Counted from the first letter of the stretch, positions 51,503 to 63,816 are shown. The stretch: 64,000 nt of DNA from Octopus sinensis (GCF_006345805.1 NC_043010.1:59086001-59150000), one strand, 5' to 3'. Program-made: numbers and translations. Notes: generated by a model not told the origin, from the sequence alone.

Positions 51503-51954
51503 GTTAATAACTGCATTAGCAATATGTCTGACATCATTTTGTGTTAACCATTTAGTAACAACCATTTCTATTAAGTATATATTAAAGAAGAAAAAAATGA
51601 ACTTTGCCAAGCCATATCAAGCTGCTGTGGCAGTGCAGGCTCGTCACAGCAGTATGTTCTCAAGCTCAAAGTCACAGCCACAGCCTGCATACCAGACTGG
51701 CTGGTGGAGAGAACATGCTGACGTCCTTGTCCTGCAGTGGACCAACCATGGGAAATCCAGTCCAATATAATATTGCCAGTGTATCAGAATGAACTTCATT
51801 TATCAAAGTCTTAGTGAATATTTTCTGATAACACACTCCTGAATATAGTTATCTTAATAGTTTTCATTCTCATCTTTCCACATTTTTTAATTATTAAATA
51901 TGAAATTGATCAAAGTCATAATTTTGTAAAATGTGTTTCGTATTCAAATTCCAG

Positions 51955-52031
51955 ATCAAAGTTTATATAAAAACAATGATGCATCTACATCGAAAGATTC
52001 CAGTGAAGAAACACCAGTGAAACATGTCTAA
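51955..52031 (+). CDS. Pcdh: P4 terminal coding exon (DQSLYKNNDASTSKDSSEETPVKHV*)
   Basis: ttccag acceptor, GTC TAA end. Confidence 0.8.
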
Positions 52032-52283
52032 ATGCGAATTATCCCCATGTAAATATAAGATATAGAGTGTTCAGTACAAACGTAAGCATAAACATAAGGG
52101 CATGCACATTGTTCAATTAATATAGTGTTTAGCAGTATACATTATCAGAGCTAAGATAGTCTTCTACACAGCAGTCGTTTCACACGGTCCTTTCCCTTTT
52201 TTCTACATGAATATGTGACATGTGCATCACCAGTCGATATTAAAGTTAACATCTTAACATAGTCTTTTGTTTCGGTTCTTCAG

Positions 52284-52291
52284 CCAATCAG
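52284..52291 (+). promoter_or_regulatory. Single CCAATCAG box, putative P5 promoter
   Basis: The upstream ATTGG is replaced by TTCGG. The downstream cagattctcact context is conserved. Confidence 0.55.
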
Positions 52292-52468
52292 ATTCTCACT
52301 TACATGCAGTCAGAAATTGCTACAAAGATAAGCATTTTTCATTATTGATGTTATTAAATGAAACGATTTTGTTACGTTTAACTAAAGACTATTTTAATAT
52401 ATATCTATAAATATGTAAATAATGAACAAACATCTTGGAGGATAAATACATACACAGAATACTATTAG

Positions 52469-52672
52469 GTGGACGTACTCCCACAAAACATACAACTTCA
52501 GTGACACATGCAACCCTCTCCTAGCAGCAGACTCTCTGCCTGACGTGCTACACTACTCCATCACCATAACAGCCATTGTCACACCATTACAGCAGCACTT
52601 ACAATGGATCTTTCTACAACAATACATCTTTCTCTTTCTCACTGAATAACCAATGATATAATTATTAAAAAG
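52469..52672 (+). other. Conserved putative non-coding leader exon of P5
   Basis: 204 nt, GTAAGT donor at 52673. Confidence 0.65.
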
Positions 52673-54312
52673 GTAAGTTTCCATTTAATCTTTTTATAAT
52701 CTCATTTGATATAATAAGTCTTGCTGAGTGTTTTAGATATTGTTTTAACATATTTAATATGAACAGAAGAACAAAGGGCCTGACCACACATTTTACATTG
52801 CCTTGTCCATCTTGGTCCATCTTGGTCCATCTTGTTCTGTGCCACTAATATTTGGAAGGTGCTTATTGGAATGCTTCATATTTAAATTGCTTTTAATTAA
52901 AACAATATTTTATGTCTATTTCGTGTTTGTAGTAATTGTATTGCTTAGTAACATTCAACAGCAATTTGTACGATATGATGTAGCAGTGTATGTTTGTTTT
53001 TGTTTTTAGGAAGATATAATGAGCTTATATTGTAGATGGTGGTATAATGGTTATTCTTAAGTTGTTGTTTTTTTAATAAAATATGAAGAATTCTAGTAGA
53101 GTGTCTTTAAATCTGGTCTTAGTGTATTGGTTATTATCATTTATAATGTAACGAGGAGTTTGAGCTTTTTGGTTAACAATAATGGCAGACATATTAGAAC
53201 TCACCTCCATCGGGAAGTGAACAGTAATGGTAGCATGTTGAAGATAACAATACTGTGAAAAAGGCCAGCTTCACCTAGAATTAATGGACTATAGAGAATA
53301 CCATTTGTATTGTGTATATATTTATTTGGCAGCCATTGTAAATATAATTCAACATGACTTCCTATTTTAGTTTCTTCTAAAATTTTTGACATAATCTGTT
53401 TATTTTTCCACAATGTTTGCTAGTTGTTAGTTGTGAATTTTCTTTGAATTTCACTGTTTATAAACTTCTGTTATCTTTTAATTGAATTATCAAATTAGTT
53501 TTTAACAAATATAATATATAAAAGCTACATTGAAAACCATAAATCTATGTCTTTCACTTTGTATATTTATATGTTATGCCTCTATGTTATTGCTTCATTT
53601 CTTTCATTATTGATCCCTGGGCTTCAAAGTCTGCCAGCTGCTCTTCACCACCACTTGAACCCAAATGTTACACTTGCTTATGTTTCTTCCCAACGTTTTC
53701 AAACTCCCCCTTTTCCCTTATGCCTTCTCTCCTTCTAATATGAGACGCTGGTATATCAAATATACTACAAACCCCTACTAAGTCACAGTGCTATTGCTAA
53801 GCTATATATAACGTTTGCTCATATTCAGTAATTTTCTCTTTGAAGTGTTTCTAGAACTATTTTTGAATGAAAGCTTATCATTTGTATATATGTGACTAAT
53901 TAGTCACATATATTTTATCTCTTATGCCAGCCATTTACTGATTCCATGAACTGAGTTGTTGAAATTAACCCCATTGAAAACATTTTCCTATAGGGTTGTG
54001 CCAATCTTGTCTCCTTCAATGACACAAAGACACAATAACTATACATATATGTCACTAATTATTTTAAATCTCAAAAATACAAGTTTCTAGAGAGGTGAAC
54101 TTCAGTAGATCTTCAGGAACATTGGCCTCATAGGGAGTATGATTGTGAGGAACTACCAACATGTGAATGTCTCTATCACTGGTTACAATTTAATTTGTGG
54201 TTTTACTTAGAAGAATATATAACAGTTCCCCTTGTGCTAAAAACCTGTCTCAAGAACTTTCTTTGGCAAATGTTTTAGGAAATTGTTTTGAAATTTGAGG
54301 AATTAAAATGTG

Positions 54313-55648
54313 TATTACTTTGTTTTTGTATTTAGTTAACAAGGTTCTTGATGTGACTTCATGTGTTATAACAAATCTTGTATCTTGGGAGGGTCATTAT
54401 GCCAACAATGTGGTTGGAGACCACAAACAACAAAGTTCAACTCCTCCATGCCCCTTATATGAAACCCTTTGCTTCCAAACGTGTTATTCATAAGAACTCA
54501 GCTTTTATCACACAGCATAAAGATAAACATATTAATTGCAGATTTAATTAGGATAATGAACAACATACGTTCCGTGTGCAAACCCTGTGAAATAAAAAAG
54601 ACACACATAGGAATTTATGCACCACAAACAGCTCTCTGGCTACAACAAGAGGGAAAAGATCATTGTGTACAGGTGGGGTGGACAGGAAGAAGTTAGGTCA
54701 TATTTTAAGTAAGGATACCAATCAAACCCACCCCAGATACCGGAGTAAACATTGGAACAGCCGACATAGAATGTGTGATACTCTCTCAGCATGCTAATGA
54801 TCAACATGGAGGCATGCTGAATGAAATTAGTATAAAAATCTTGTCTAAACACCAAAGAATTCATCATTATAGAGACAGACATGAGTTAGTTCTCATAAGT
54901 GAAACTTGGCCATTACTTAATAAAAAGACATGTTTAATAGGTAACAGAACAACACTGCCATTGCCCACACAATATGTATACATGTGTGTGAGGGTATGTA
55001 TGTGTTGGTACATGTAGGGTAGGATTAAAATGATAGCAGGGTACAAGGAAGCCTGCACAGAATTATAAACAATTAAAATACACAACCGTACACATCCATG
55101 CGCCTGCACACACACACACACACACACACGCATATGCACACACTTCCCTATTCATAAAGCTGGTGATGTTGCAGGCATATGCATGCATAGATGCACTGGA
55201 CTGCACATGCGTAAGTAAACACTCACACATTCACACACAAACATATACACTCACTCACAGAACTGACTCAAACACACACACACACACACACACATTAGCA
55301 CTCTTCTTTTACTCTCACCCTTTCCTTCCTTTGCAAGCCACCACACATACTTGCATACACACACAAAGGCATAATCCTGTGGCACACTAAAAGCAGACCT
55401 GGAAGAGTGACGACATGTCAGTGATAAGGTCACAAATAGTGATGAAAGGACTTCAACAAGCAACCAATTAATTGCTTAACCAACACAATAAACAAATGAT
55501 TGCTTAATTGGTTTGATGATCAACCAATTAACTAACAATATAGAAGTGATATTGAACTGGTGCATAAGTTTATTATTATTGGCATAATCACTCTCCCAAG
55601 ATACAACATAAAAAAAAAAGGATATTGTTTAGAAACAAACAAGTAATA
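54313..55648. mobile_element. Probable non-autonomous DNA transposon with imperfect long inverted ends
   Basis: ttgtatcttgggagggtcattatgccaa (54378-54405) versus the reverse complement of 55579-55606 (2 mismatches in 28). The outer tattac/gtaata also pair. Confidence 0.55.
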
Positions 55649-58600
55649 AATACTAAAAGTTCACATGTAAAACGTTGTCATTTCTGTCATCATCATCATC
55701 ATCGTTTAACGTCCACTTTCCATCTGTATGAGTAGGATTTTTAGTTTCACTTTTAACAATCGTTTTTTTTTTTAGTGTGTGGGGTGGGGGTGGGGGGAAG
55801 GAACCCCACTTTGTTAACTTTTGAAACTTGGTTGATTTTTATTAATGAAAATTTGGATAAATTTGATAAGATTGATATTGTCTCTGAAGAATTAGAACTT
55901 TGCAAAGATCAGAAGGCTTCAGTTGGGAGTAACTTCTAGAGAATTGTTGTTCTTCAGAAAGAAAGATTCTGCAAATTGTCAATGACTCTCACAAGTTGAC
56001 CCTGCCAAATTTACCTTCAAATTACCTGGCAAAATTACCTTCCAAAGATACAATAACTTGTTTCAGCACATGATTTTGTATCAAGAATCTTGCAAAGCAA
56101 AGACAGAAACGAGATTGTACATAGTTTTGGTGAATATTTTGTCTTCAGTGTTGAGGTGAAATCTTCAAATGTTATCAGTCGGTGTGTAGTCGAAGGGAAG
56201 GTGGTTTCTCTCGTTTTTTAATGTCGTGTAAACTCGGATAATTCAGTGGATAGTTACACTTCCCAACAATAGTAATGGATTAAATGATTAAAGATGGTAT
56301 TATCTCACTGTCACTATCAACCAGTCGTTCTACCAAGTGCAGTATATTTCCCGTGTTATAGGTAAGAGCGTAAAACTATAGTCACCGTCTCTTCAAATTT
56401 CAAACAACAAAAAAAAAAGATGTTGACAATTATAAAAGACATGCAGAAACATAATTTAATTAATACGGCCTGAGAATTATTCACAGAAGGGAACCATTTG
56501 AAAATTACTCCAACGTAAATTTGTCAAACTTTGTGCGGCGAGAGTCAATAAGTTATCATTTAATCAACTGAAAGATAGATATTTTGATGATTTTGCAACA
56601 GGATTAGCCTCCCGTTTTAACTCGTCAACCACGCTTTATTGTTTTCGAATATCTCTTACAAGGAAGGGACTTAGTTTTTGCAAGGGACGTAACTCAGGTA
56701 AAACTTAAAGATGGAACTCCGTTTGTACATCAGGTTCGATGTTGGGAAAAATTTATGGTGCACTCAAAGACGTGTTTTTTAAAAATATTTTTGTGTGTAG
56801 AAATATTAATATTTGGTTTAGAGCTAAACCTAACATACACATTGCTTGAATTTGAAAGACGAATGAAATGTTAGAAACAAGCAATATTATATTTAGATAA
56901 AATAAATATAGGGGCAGACATGGGCCCCTGGGCAAGAGACTTGCTTTGCAATCGTATGGTTTGAGGTTTAGATAGATAAGCAGGTAGTTTGAAATTTAAT
57001 TGTTATTTTTCTTTCTTTCTTAGAAACTATCATGAAAGGGGAAGCAGTAAGATCTTCAGATATTGTAAATTTTATTGTAAAATCAATATGGGAGACTTTT
57101 GCAAGGAAGATTCAATGGAACTGAATATATAAGTGTAACTAGGCATAACAGGCCAGGTCTGGCCTCTCACACCTAGCCTACAATATCATTCTAACGATAA
57201 ATAGACACAAGTTTCAAAGCTTCTAGGTGATGCAAGATTAATACAAAACAACATGTATTTCATGGACAGAGTAATCTGAACACTACATGATTGATATATT
57301 GAATATCCATAGGAAACTTAAGAATGCAGTGTCCCTTCCATTGCCCTCAATGCTCTCATGAGCTAGACCCTACGTTCACTAAACTCAAATCTCTCTCCCC
57401 ACTCTCTCTCTCTCTTGCAATCTTTGGAAACCTGCTATAGTATGTCCTATTTCTTGGAAAGGTGCATCCTGGCTCTTGCCCTTATTGCTCTCACTTCCAG
57501 TATTCCAAATGTGATGGAGACAATTCTTCACAGCTACCTTCTCTTTGAACACCTGGAATTCCCCTCACCCTTTCCTCTTTAATAAGCACAAGTACATTAG
57601 TCGTTACCTCCAACAATGCCCATTCTTATCCATATGATTCTTCCCTTTGTTTTGCACTGGCTTCACTCTACATAAAATTCAGATCTCTTATGCCAGCCAT
57701 GTACTGATTCCATGAACTGAAATGTTGAAATTAACCCCATTGAAAACATTTTCCTATAAGCTTGTGCCAATCTTGTCTCTTTCGATGACACAATAACTAT
57801 ACATATGAAGAAAACAACATTGTACCCAACCTCCTAAACATGAACTAGATGCAATTAGGACCCCAGCATTCCCTTCAAATACTAAGCCTCACAATCATTG
57901 AGGATTTTTCCTGGCAATGCAGGTGGCCTGGTGATTAGGGTATTCAGTTTATAATCATAATGACTTGTGTTCAGTTCCTGGACTGGGCCGTGAATTATGT
58001 CCTTAATTTCATGTTGCTCCAGTCTGCTCAGCTTTAACATGTACCAACAGGGTACTGGTGCAGCCCTCTTTACCTCCAGTTGTCAGGTTCCTAATGTTTA
58101 ACTTGGTAAAGAGTGAAGATTTTAATTTTGTGTCTGTATTTGCTTGTGGCTCTACAGACACCACAAATAATTAGCAACCATGCTCACTCACAAGTGTGAT
58201 GCTGATTGTACTTTGTACATCATCAGCACAGCAAAGATTGCCTCACAAAACCTTCAGACCCTCACAAATTCTAATCCAAATTGAAGCGAAACCCAGAATG
58301 GAATCTATTATGTTTGCTACTTACAGACATCTGAGACAGCTTCTAAAAACTGCCACCTGACTCATTGGCATGAAGTTAATCACCAACACATCAATCTCTT
58401 GCTTACAGATTAACTGTTTTAACATTCAGTCTTTCGTTTCACTTTTGTTTCACTGACCTCTCATCAGGAATGCTTGGTCTCATTCCATCTCTTCTCAGTG
58501 GACTCCCAACTCACTGTCTCTTCTCTTCACATCACCCATATTATGTCCAGCACTACTCAGGCACCACACTCATCACTATTCCTCTTCCTTTGTCCGCAGA

Positions 58601-59267
58601 GTATCAGCCCATGTTTTTCCAGCATCCATCTTACCAGATTTGGAAGATCTGTGGAAGCAATGAATACAACCCCTTCCCCAATTCCATGTTCTGTAGTGCA
58701 ATTAATGGATATGTACGATCTGACAGAACATTTTGGCAGTGATGTTAGTAATGGTTATAAACCTTACATAACATAAGAACATCTGAACTAACTCTATAAC
58801 TTTAATGAAGAAGTCTGGAGAATATTAACTATAAAAACTAAGACTGATTACCGTTACAGAATGGATCAGAAATTATTATAAACACAATGTAGTGTTTATT
58901 TCTGGGCTAAAACTATTCTTTCACAATGGCACTGTATCATCTTGGATCCACATTCTTATATGCTGTAGGATATTTCTGACATTAGACACAATTGATCGTT
59001 CTTCATGTGGCAATTTGGTAATTCAAATTAGTTTTATGGATGTTTCTTATTTTTTCAATAAATTAATTTCTTCATTTGAGCCTCTTAATATGAATCAAGC
59101 AAAAAAGAAGAAAAGAAAAGGAAAGAAAAGAAAGGATAGATTGACTCCGTGTTCTCAATCATGGTAATCGTTTCTATACTTTCATATGATAATATTCATT
59201 ATTGGAGAAATTCTAAATACACGCAAATACAGCCTCACCCCCGCCCATGTATATATATATATATATA

Positions 59268-60207
59268 TCAAGATTAATCAGCCAAAATTGCGAGGATGAT
59301 CCGGTTCTTGACTGAAGATTAGAGGCTTCGAATGACCCGTCTGTTTTTTTGTGTCATGTCTTTGAGTGTTTTGCGTTCTTGTCCCATTTTGTATTTTTAT
59401 ATATATTTTTAATACATATATTATTGCGGCGTAACGTACAACTTGTTCTCTTATGTATGTAAGCATCCCACTACTGTACGACTTCTACACACACTTTCTC
59501 TATACTTCAATAGTCTCTGTCTTTCTCTTTTCTCGCCTCTGATTCTTTGGTCTCCTCTTCCCCCACTCTCTCACATTTCTCTGTCTTTCTCACTTTGCAC
59601 CTCACTGATTCTGTCGTCAAGCCAATCCTTGACACGCTATCTTTCTTCTCCCCTCTTTAATTCCTTCTTTCTCTCTCGTCTCCTCCTCTTTGGTGCCTTT
59701 CTCCCTCTCTCTCTCTCTCTCTTTGATTCCTTTGCCCCCTTTTTTTCTCTCTCTCTTCTCCTCTCACGTGACCGCCGGTCAACTAGTCTTTTGGCTTCTG
59801 AGCACCGCCACGACAACATCGATTTCTCTGTCTGCCGTAAGGCATTATTTTCCAAATACGCCAGCTAAGCTAAGTTGAACTGTCTAAAGTCGTAAGACAC
59901 CTGCTGTTTTTGTCCTGTTATTACTATTATTGTTTTTTGTATTTATATTCGTGTGGCATCGTCCATTTTTCTGTCCTTGTTTCGTATACATTCGATCCTT
60001 TTTCCAAGAAATCTAATGCTCGTAGCTTAGTTTTTCCTTGGGGCTGGCCGGATCGGAGCGATCTCAAGATTAATCAGCCGATATTGCGAGGATGATCCGG
60101 TTCTTGACTGAAGATTAGAAGCTTCGAATAACCCGTCCGTTTTTTGTGTCGTCTATTTGAGTGTTTTGTGTTCTTGTCCCATTTTGTATTTTTATATATA
60201 TTTTTAT
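59268..60207. repeat. ~145-bp direct repeats (59268-59410 and ~60064-60207) enclosing ~650 bp
   Basis: tcaagattaatcagcc...gaggatgatccggttcttgactgaagattag...gtcccattttgtatttttatatatattttta occurs twice. Confidence 0.85.
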
Positions 60208-60240
60208 ACATATATATATATATTTATATATATATATATC

Positions 60241-60273
<33 letters not shown>

Positions 60274-60405
60274 AGACAGATAGATCGATGTTTTAATTAT
60301 ATGTCAATATTAAACAGTATTGTAACTAATGACATGCATTTCTATTTTAGGTTCAGTCTACACATACCTTGATATATTTAACCACTACCAACATACAACA
60401 GCAAT

Positions 60406-62780
60406 ATGTTACTGTCATTGTCCATTGTATTATCAATGGTCCAGTGTGTGCTGACCATAGACCTTACCTACCACGTGGAAGAAGAGAGAAGTCCAGGAAC
60501 ATATGTAGCAGACATTGCTGCCGATTCTAAACTTTTAGACAACGTTAAACCATCTGACCAACATTTGATAACATTCAGTCAATTCAAACGAAAGGTGGCA
60601 CAGTTATTTAACATCACCAAAACAGGTAAACTGTACACTGCTCAGACACTGGATGCAGAAGATCTCTGCACATTCAACAAAGAATGTTCCAGAACTATGA
60701 AAGTTGTTGTCAATAAAGGAACCAGTGTTTCAAAAATATTAAAAATCAAAATAGTAATAGAAGATATCAATGACCATGAACCTAAATTTCCAAAAAATAC
60801 AGTTTATTTAGAATATGGTGAAGATGATCGTAAAGGTGCTAAAAGATCGTTACCAAATGCCATAGACAAAGATGTTGGATTTCAAAATTCATTAATTCAA
60901 TATAAATTAAAATCAAAGAATGGAGAACCATTCTCTCTGTCAGTGTCTAAAAGAGCTGATGGTATTTCTTCACTTAATATAGTTTTGAAAGAATCATTAG
61001 ACAGAGAAATCAAAGATACATATTTATTACAAGTCACAGCTAAAGATGGAGGTTCACCAGCAAAACAAGGAATTTTGAATATAAATATCTCTATAATGGA
61101 TGTAAATGACAACCTACCAGAGTTTTCTAAACCTCTGTACAATATATCCATACAAAGTACGCATCATAAATCCAAACCCATCATTGTTTTATCTGTAACA
61201 GATGCTGATGCTGGTGAAAATGGTAAAATTACTTTCCATTTCAGTCCAAAGACATCAGATATTGTAAAAAGCTATTTTCAGTTGAATGAAACCAGTGGAA
61301 GCATTTTATTAAGAAAATATTCAAGTCTGGGAAAAAAGAAAACCTATGAATTGTTTATAGAAGCCAGAGATGGGGGCAGTCCACCCTTTAGTTCTATAGC
61401 AACTGTTTTAGTAAATGTTGTCAACCAACACAACAATCCCCCAAATATTGATATTGATTATGTTTCTGCAATCAATGACAACACAGCTACCATCTCTGAA
61501 AACATTAAAGTTGGTAGTTTCATTGCTTATGTGATGGTCACTGACAATGATGTGGGACAAAATGGAGAGGTCAGCTGTGATATCAAACATGATACATTCA
61601 AACTACAGTCAATGGGATCTAAAGAATATAAAATCATTCTAAACAAACCAGTGGACAGAGAAACACAAGGACACTATAACATTCCTGTCTCCTGTCAAGA
61701 TAAAGGATTACCTCCTCTGAAAAGTGTTAAAAGCCTCTCTATCCAAGTGACTGACATCAACGATGTACAACCGCAGTTTACCAAAGATACATTCCAATTC
61801 CTCACCTACGAAAACAAAGATAAAGACTTCCCTATTGGTTTTGTCAATGCCACTGACCCTGATCTTGGATCTGCTGGACAACTCACATATTCTCTGCTGC
61901 GTAAAGAAAAATCCAATCTCCCATTTCTCATCACCAGTTATGGCTTCATTTCAGCGACCATGTCATTGGACAGAGAGAAACAAGATGTGTATAAGTTTGA
62001 GGTTTTTGTCAAAGACAATGGAAGCCCATCTCTGAATGACACAGCGAATGTTGTTGTTGAGATTCTAGATCAAAATGACAATGCTCCATATTTTACATAT
62101 CCTAGTAGTGACCCTTACACGCTAAATGTGCAGTACCATCCGCAGAGTAAGAGTGACATCACAGTTTTGAGAGCTTCTGATGGGGACAGTGGAAACAATG
62201 CTTTCCTCAGATATGCAATCATACAAGGAAATGATAAACAGTTGTTAGTATGAACTCACACAGTGGTGCTTTATCCTTCTCCAGACAAGTTTATCTAAAT
62301 GATGCTGGAAGTTATGAGCTGGTGTTTGTTGTGAAGGACAGTGGTAGTCCAGTTCAGTCGTCAACAACTAGTGTCACTTTGGTATTGGCTGTTAGTAACG
62401 AGACATCACCAATGTCGAAGAGTGGACCTTTACAATCTTCAGGTCGGGTCCATATGACATGGGTTATTATCATTGTATCATCAGCAGTAATAATATCAGT
62501 GGCTATTGTTGTTTCTATAACGCTGTGTATTATGAAATGTATTAAACACAGAGATAACACAGCTGCTGCCACAAAGAATACAGCCTACCAAGGTAGAGCA
62601 GAGATGAAACAATTGTTATACCAGACTAACACTTCTGTTGCTATGTCGAGGAATGCAGAAGAGATGGTGAAGCGGAATATCTATTCTGAGAGATCCAAGA
62701 GTGAATGTTATGCAGAAGGTCAGCTACAGAACAAATATGAATCTTCAGTTCAGTCGAGAACTTTACCAAAACCTACCCCA
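60406..62780 (+). CDS. Pcdh: Protocadherin P5, large exon with a 1-nt deletion in EC6 (~62245): pseudogene or sequencing error
   Basis: ORFs 60406-62253 and 62250-62825 join at CAGTTGTTAGT, versus CAGTTGTTTAGT in paralogs. Acceptor at 60349-50, donor at 62781. Confidence 0.9.
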
Positions 62781-62951
62781 GTAAGTGGAAACATTACATT
62801 TTCTCTCTGTAAAAGTGAACAATGAAATCTCTTTGAATATGTTTTAACTTCAATAATACATTCCAATATTAAATTGTTCTCTTTCCATGTTGATTGTAAC
62901 TTCCATTGTTTGGTGTCTTCTCACATTTCTTTATCGTTTGTTTGTCAACAG

Positions 62952-63105
62952 AAATACTGTCAACCTGTTGTAGTGACATCAAGTGATGATGCTGTGGAAG
63001 ATAATGCTACTATGGTTTGTAACTATACATCAGATACAATGTCATCCAAGAGAAGTGGTAGACAAGGAGACTTGAAACATTACGAAGAAATACCAGGAGT
63101 ATCAG
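62952..63105 (+). CDS. Pcdh: P5 cytoplasmic exon
   Basis: AG/GT bounded, 154 nt, intact. Confidence 0.8.
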
Positions 63106-63284
63106 GTTAGTAACTACAATGTCTATATTTTGCTTCATCTAGAATGTAGACATCTCATAATTACTATTTGTAAATAGAATTTCTGTTGCAGCTTAAAATA
63201 TTGTGATGTGATTTTGGCTTTGTGTTTATATATAAATATATTTGCTAATATATTTATAAAATCTATATTTTGTCTAAATTCCAG

Positions 63285-63361
63285 ATCAAAGTATATATAA
63301 AAACAATGATACATCAACATCAAAAGATTTCAGTGAAGAAACACCAGTGAAACATGTCTAA
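63285..63361 (+). CDS. Pcdh: P5 terminal exon (DQSIYKNNDTSTSKDFSEETPVKHV*)
   Basis: ttccag acceptor, GTC TAA end. Confidence 0.8.
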
Positions 63362-63816
63362 TTGTACTACTGAAGTAACACAGCTAATTGTATGAATGTA
63401 TAATATCTGTACATACACAATCTCACATACACATTGTATATTTTCTGTACAATATAGCAGTATAGATGTAAAGACGAGGGTGTTAAGTAATGAACAATGC
63501 TTCAGATAACTAAATATTTGAGTTCTATAAATTAGTAGCTTTCTATCAGTTTCTGTACAATAATCATCGTATCTTTGTTTTTCAAAAAGTTTTACAATAA
63601 GCTCTATAAACTATTGTTTTTTGTTTTTACTAAATTATGCAGTTTATGAATCCAAATATTGAGATATGATTGTAATTCTCTGAAGATAATTATCGTGAAT
63701 CTAATGAACTCGAAACTTTGTTTGCAGACCATAAAAACAGTCACTTTAGTGAGATATTCTAGTTGGAAGCTGCCTAAATACTTCACTGTCCTTCATTACT
63801 ATTGAAGTCAATGAAA

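Noticed and set aside
59300-59345. Hammerhead ribozyme in the direct repeats (CTGAAGA...)
   Set aside because: No GAAA core or compatible stems could be drawn.
11892-63361. Vertebrate-style variable exons spliced to shared constant exons
   Set aside because: Every copy has its own tail exons and no unique shared exon is visible in this window. Cross-gene splicing cannot be excluded without RNA data.
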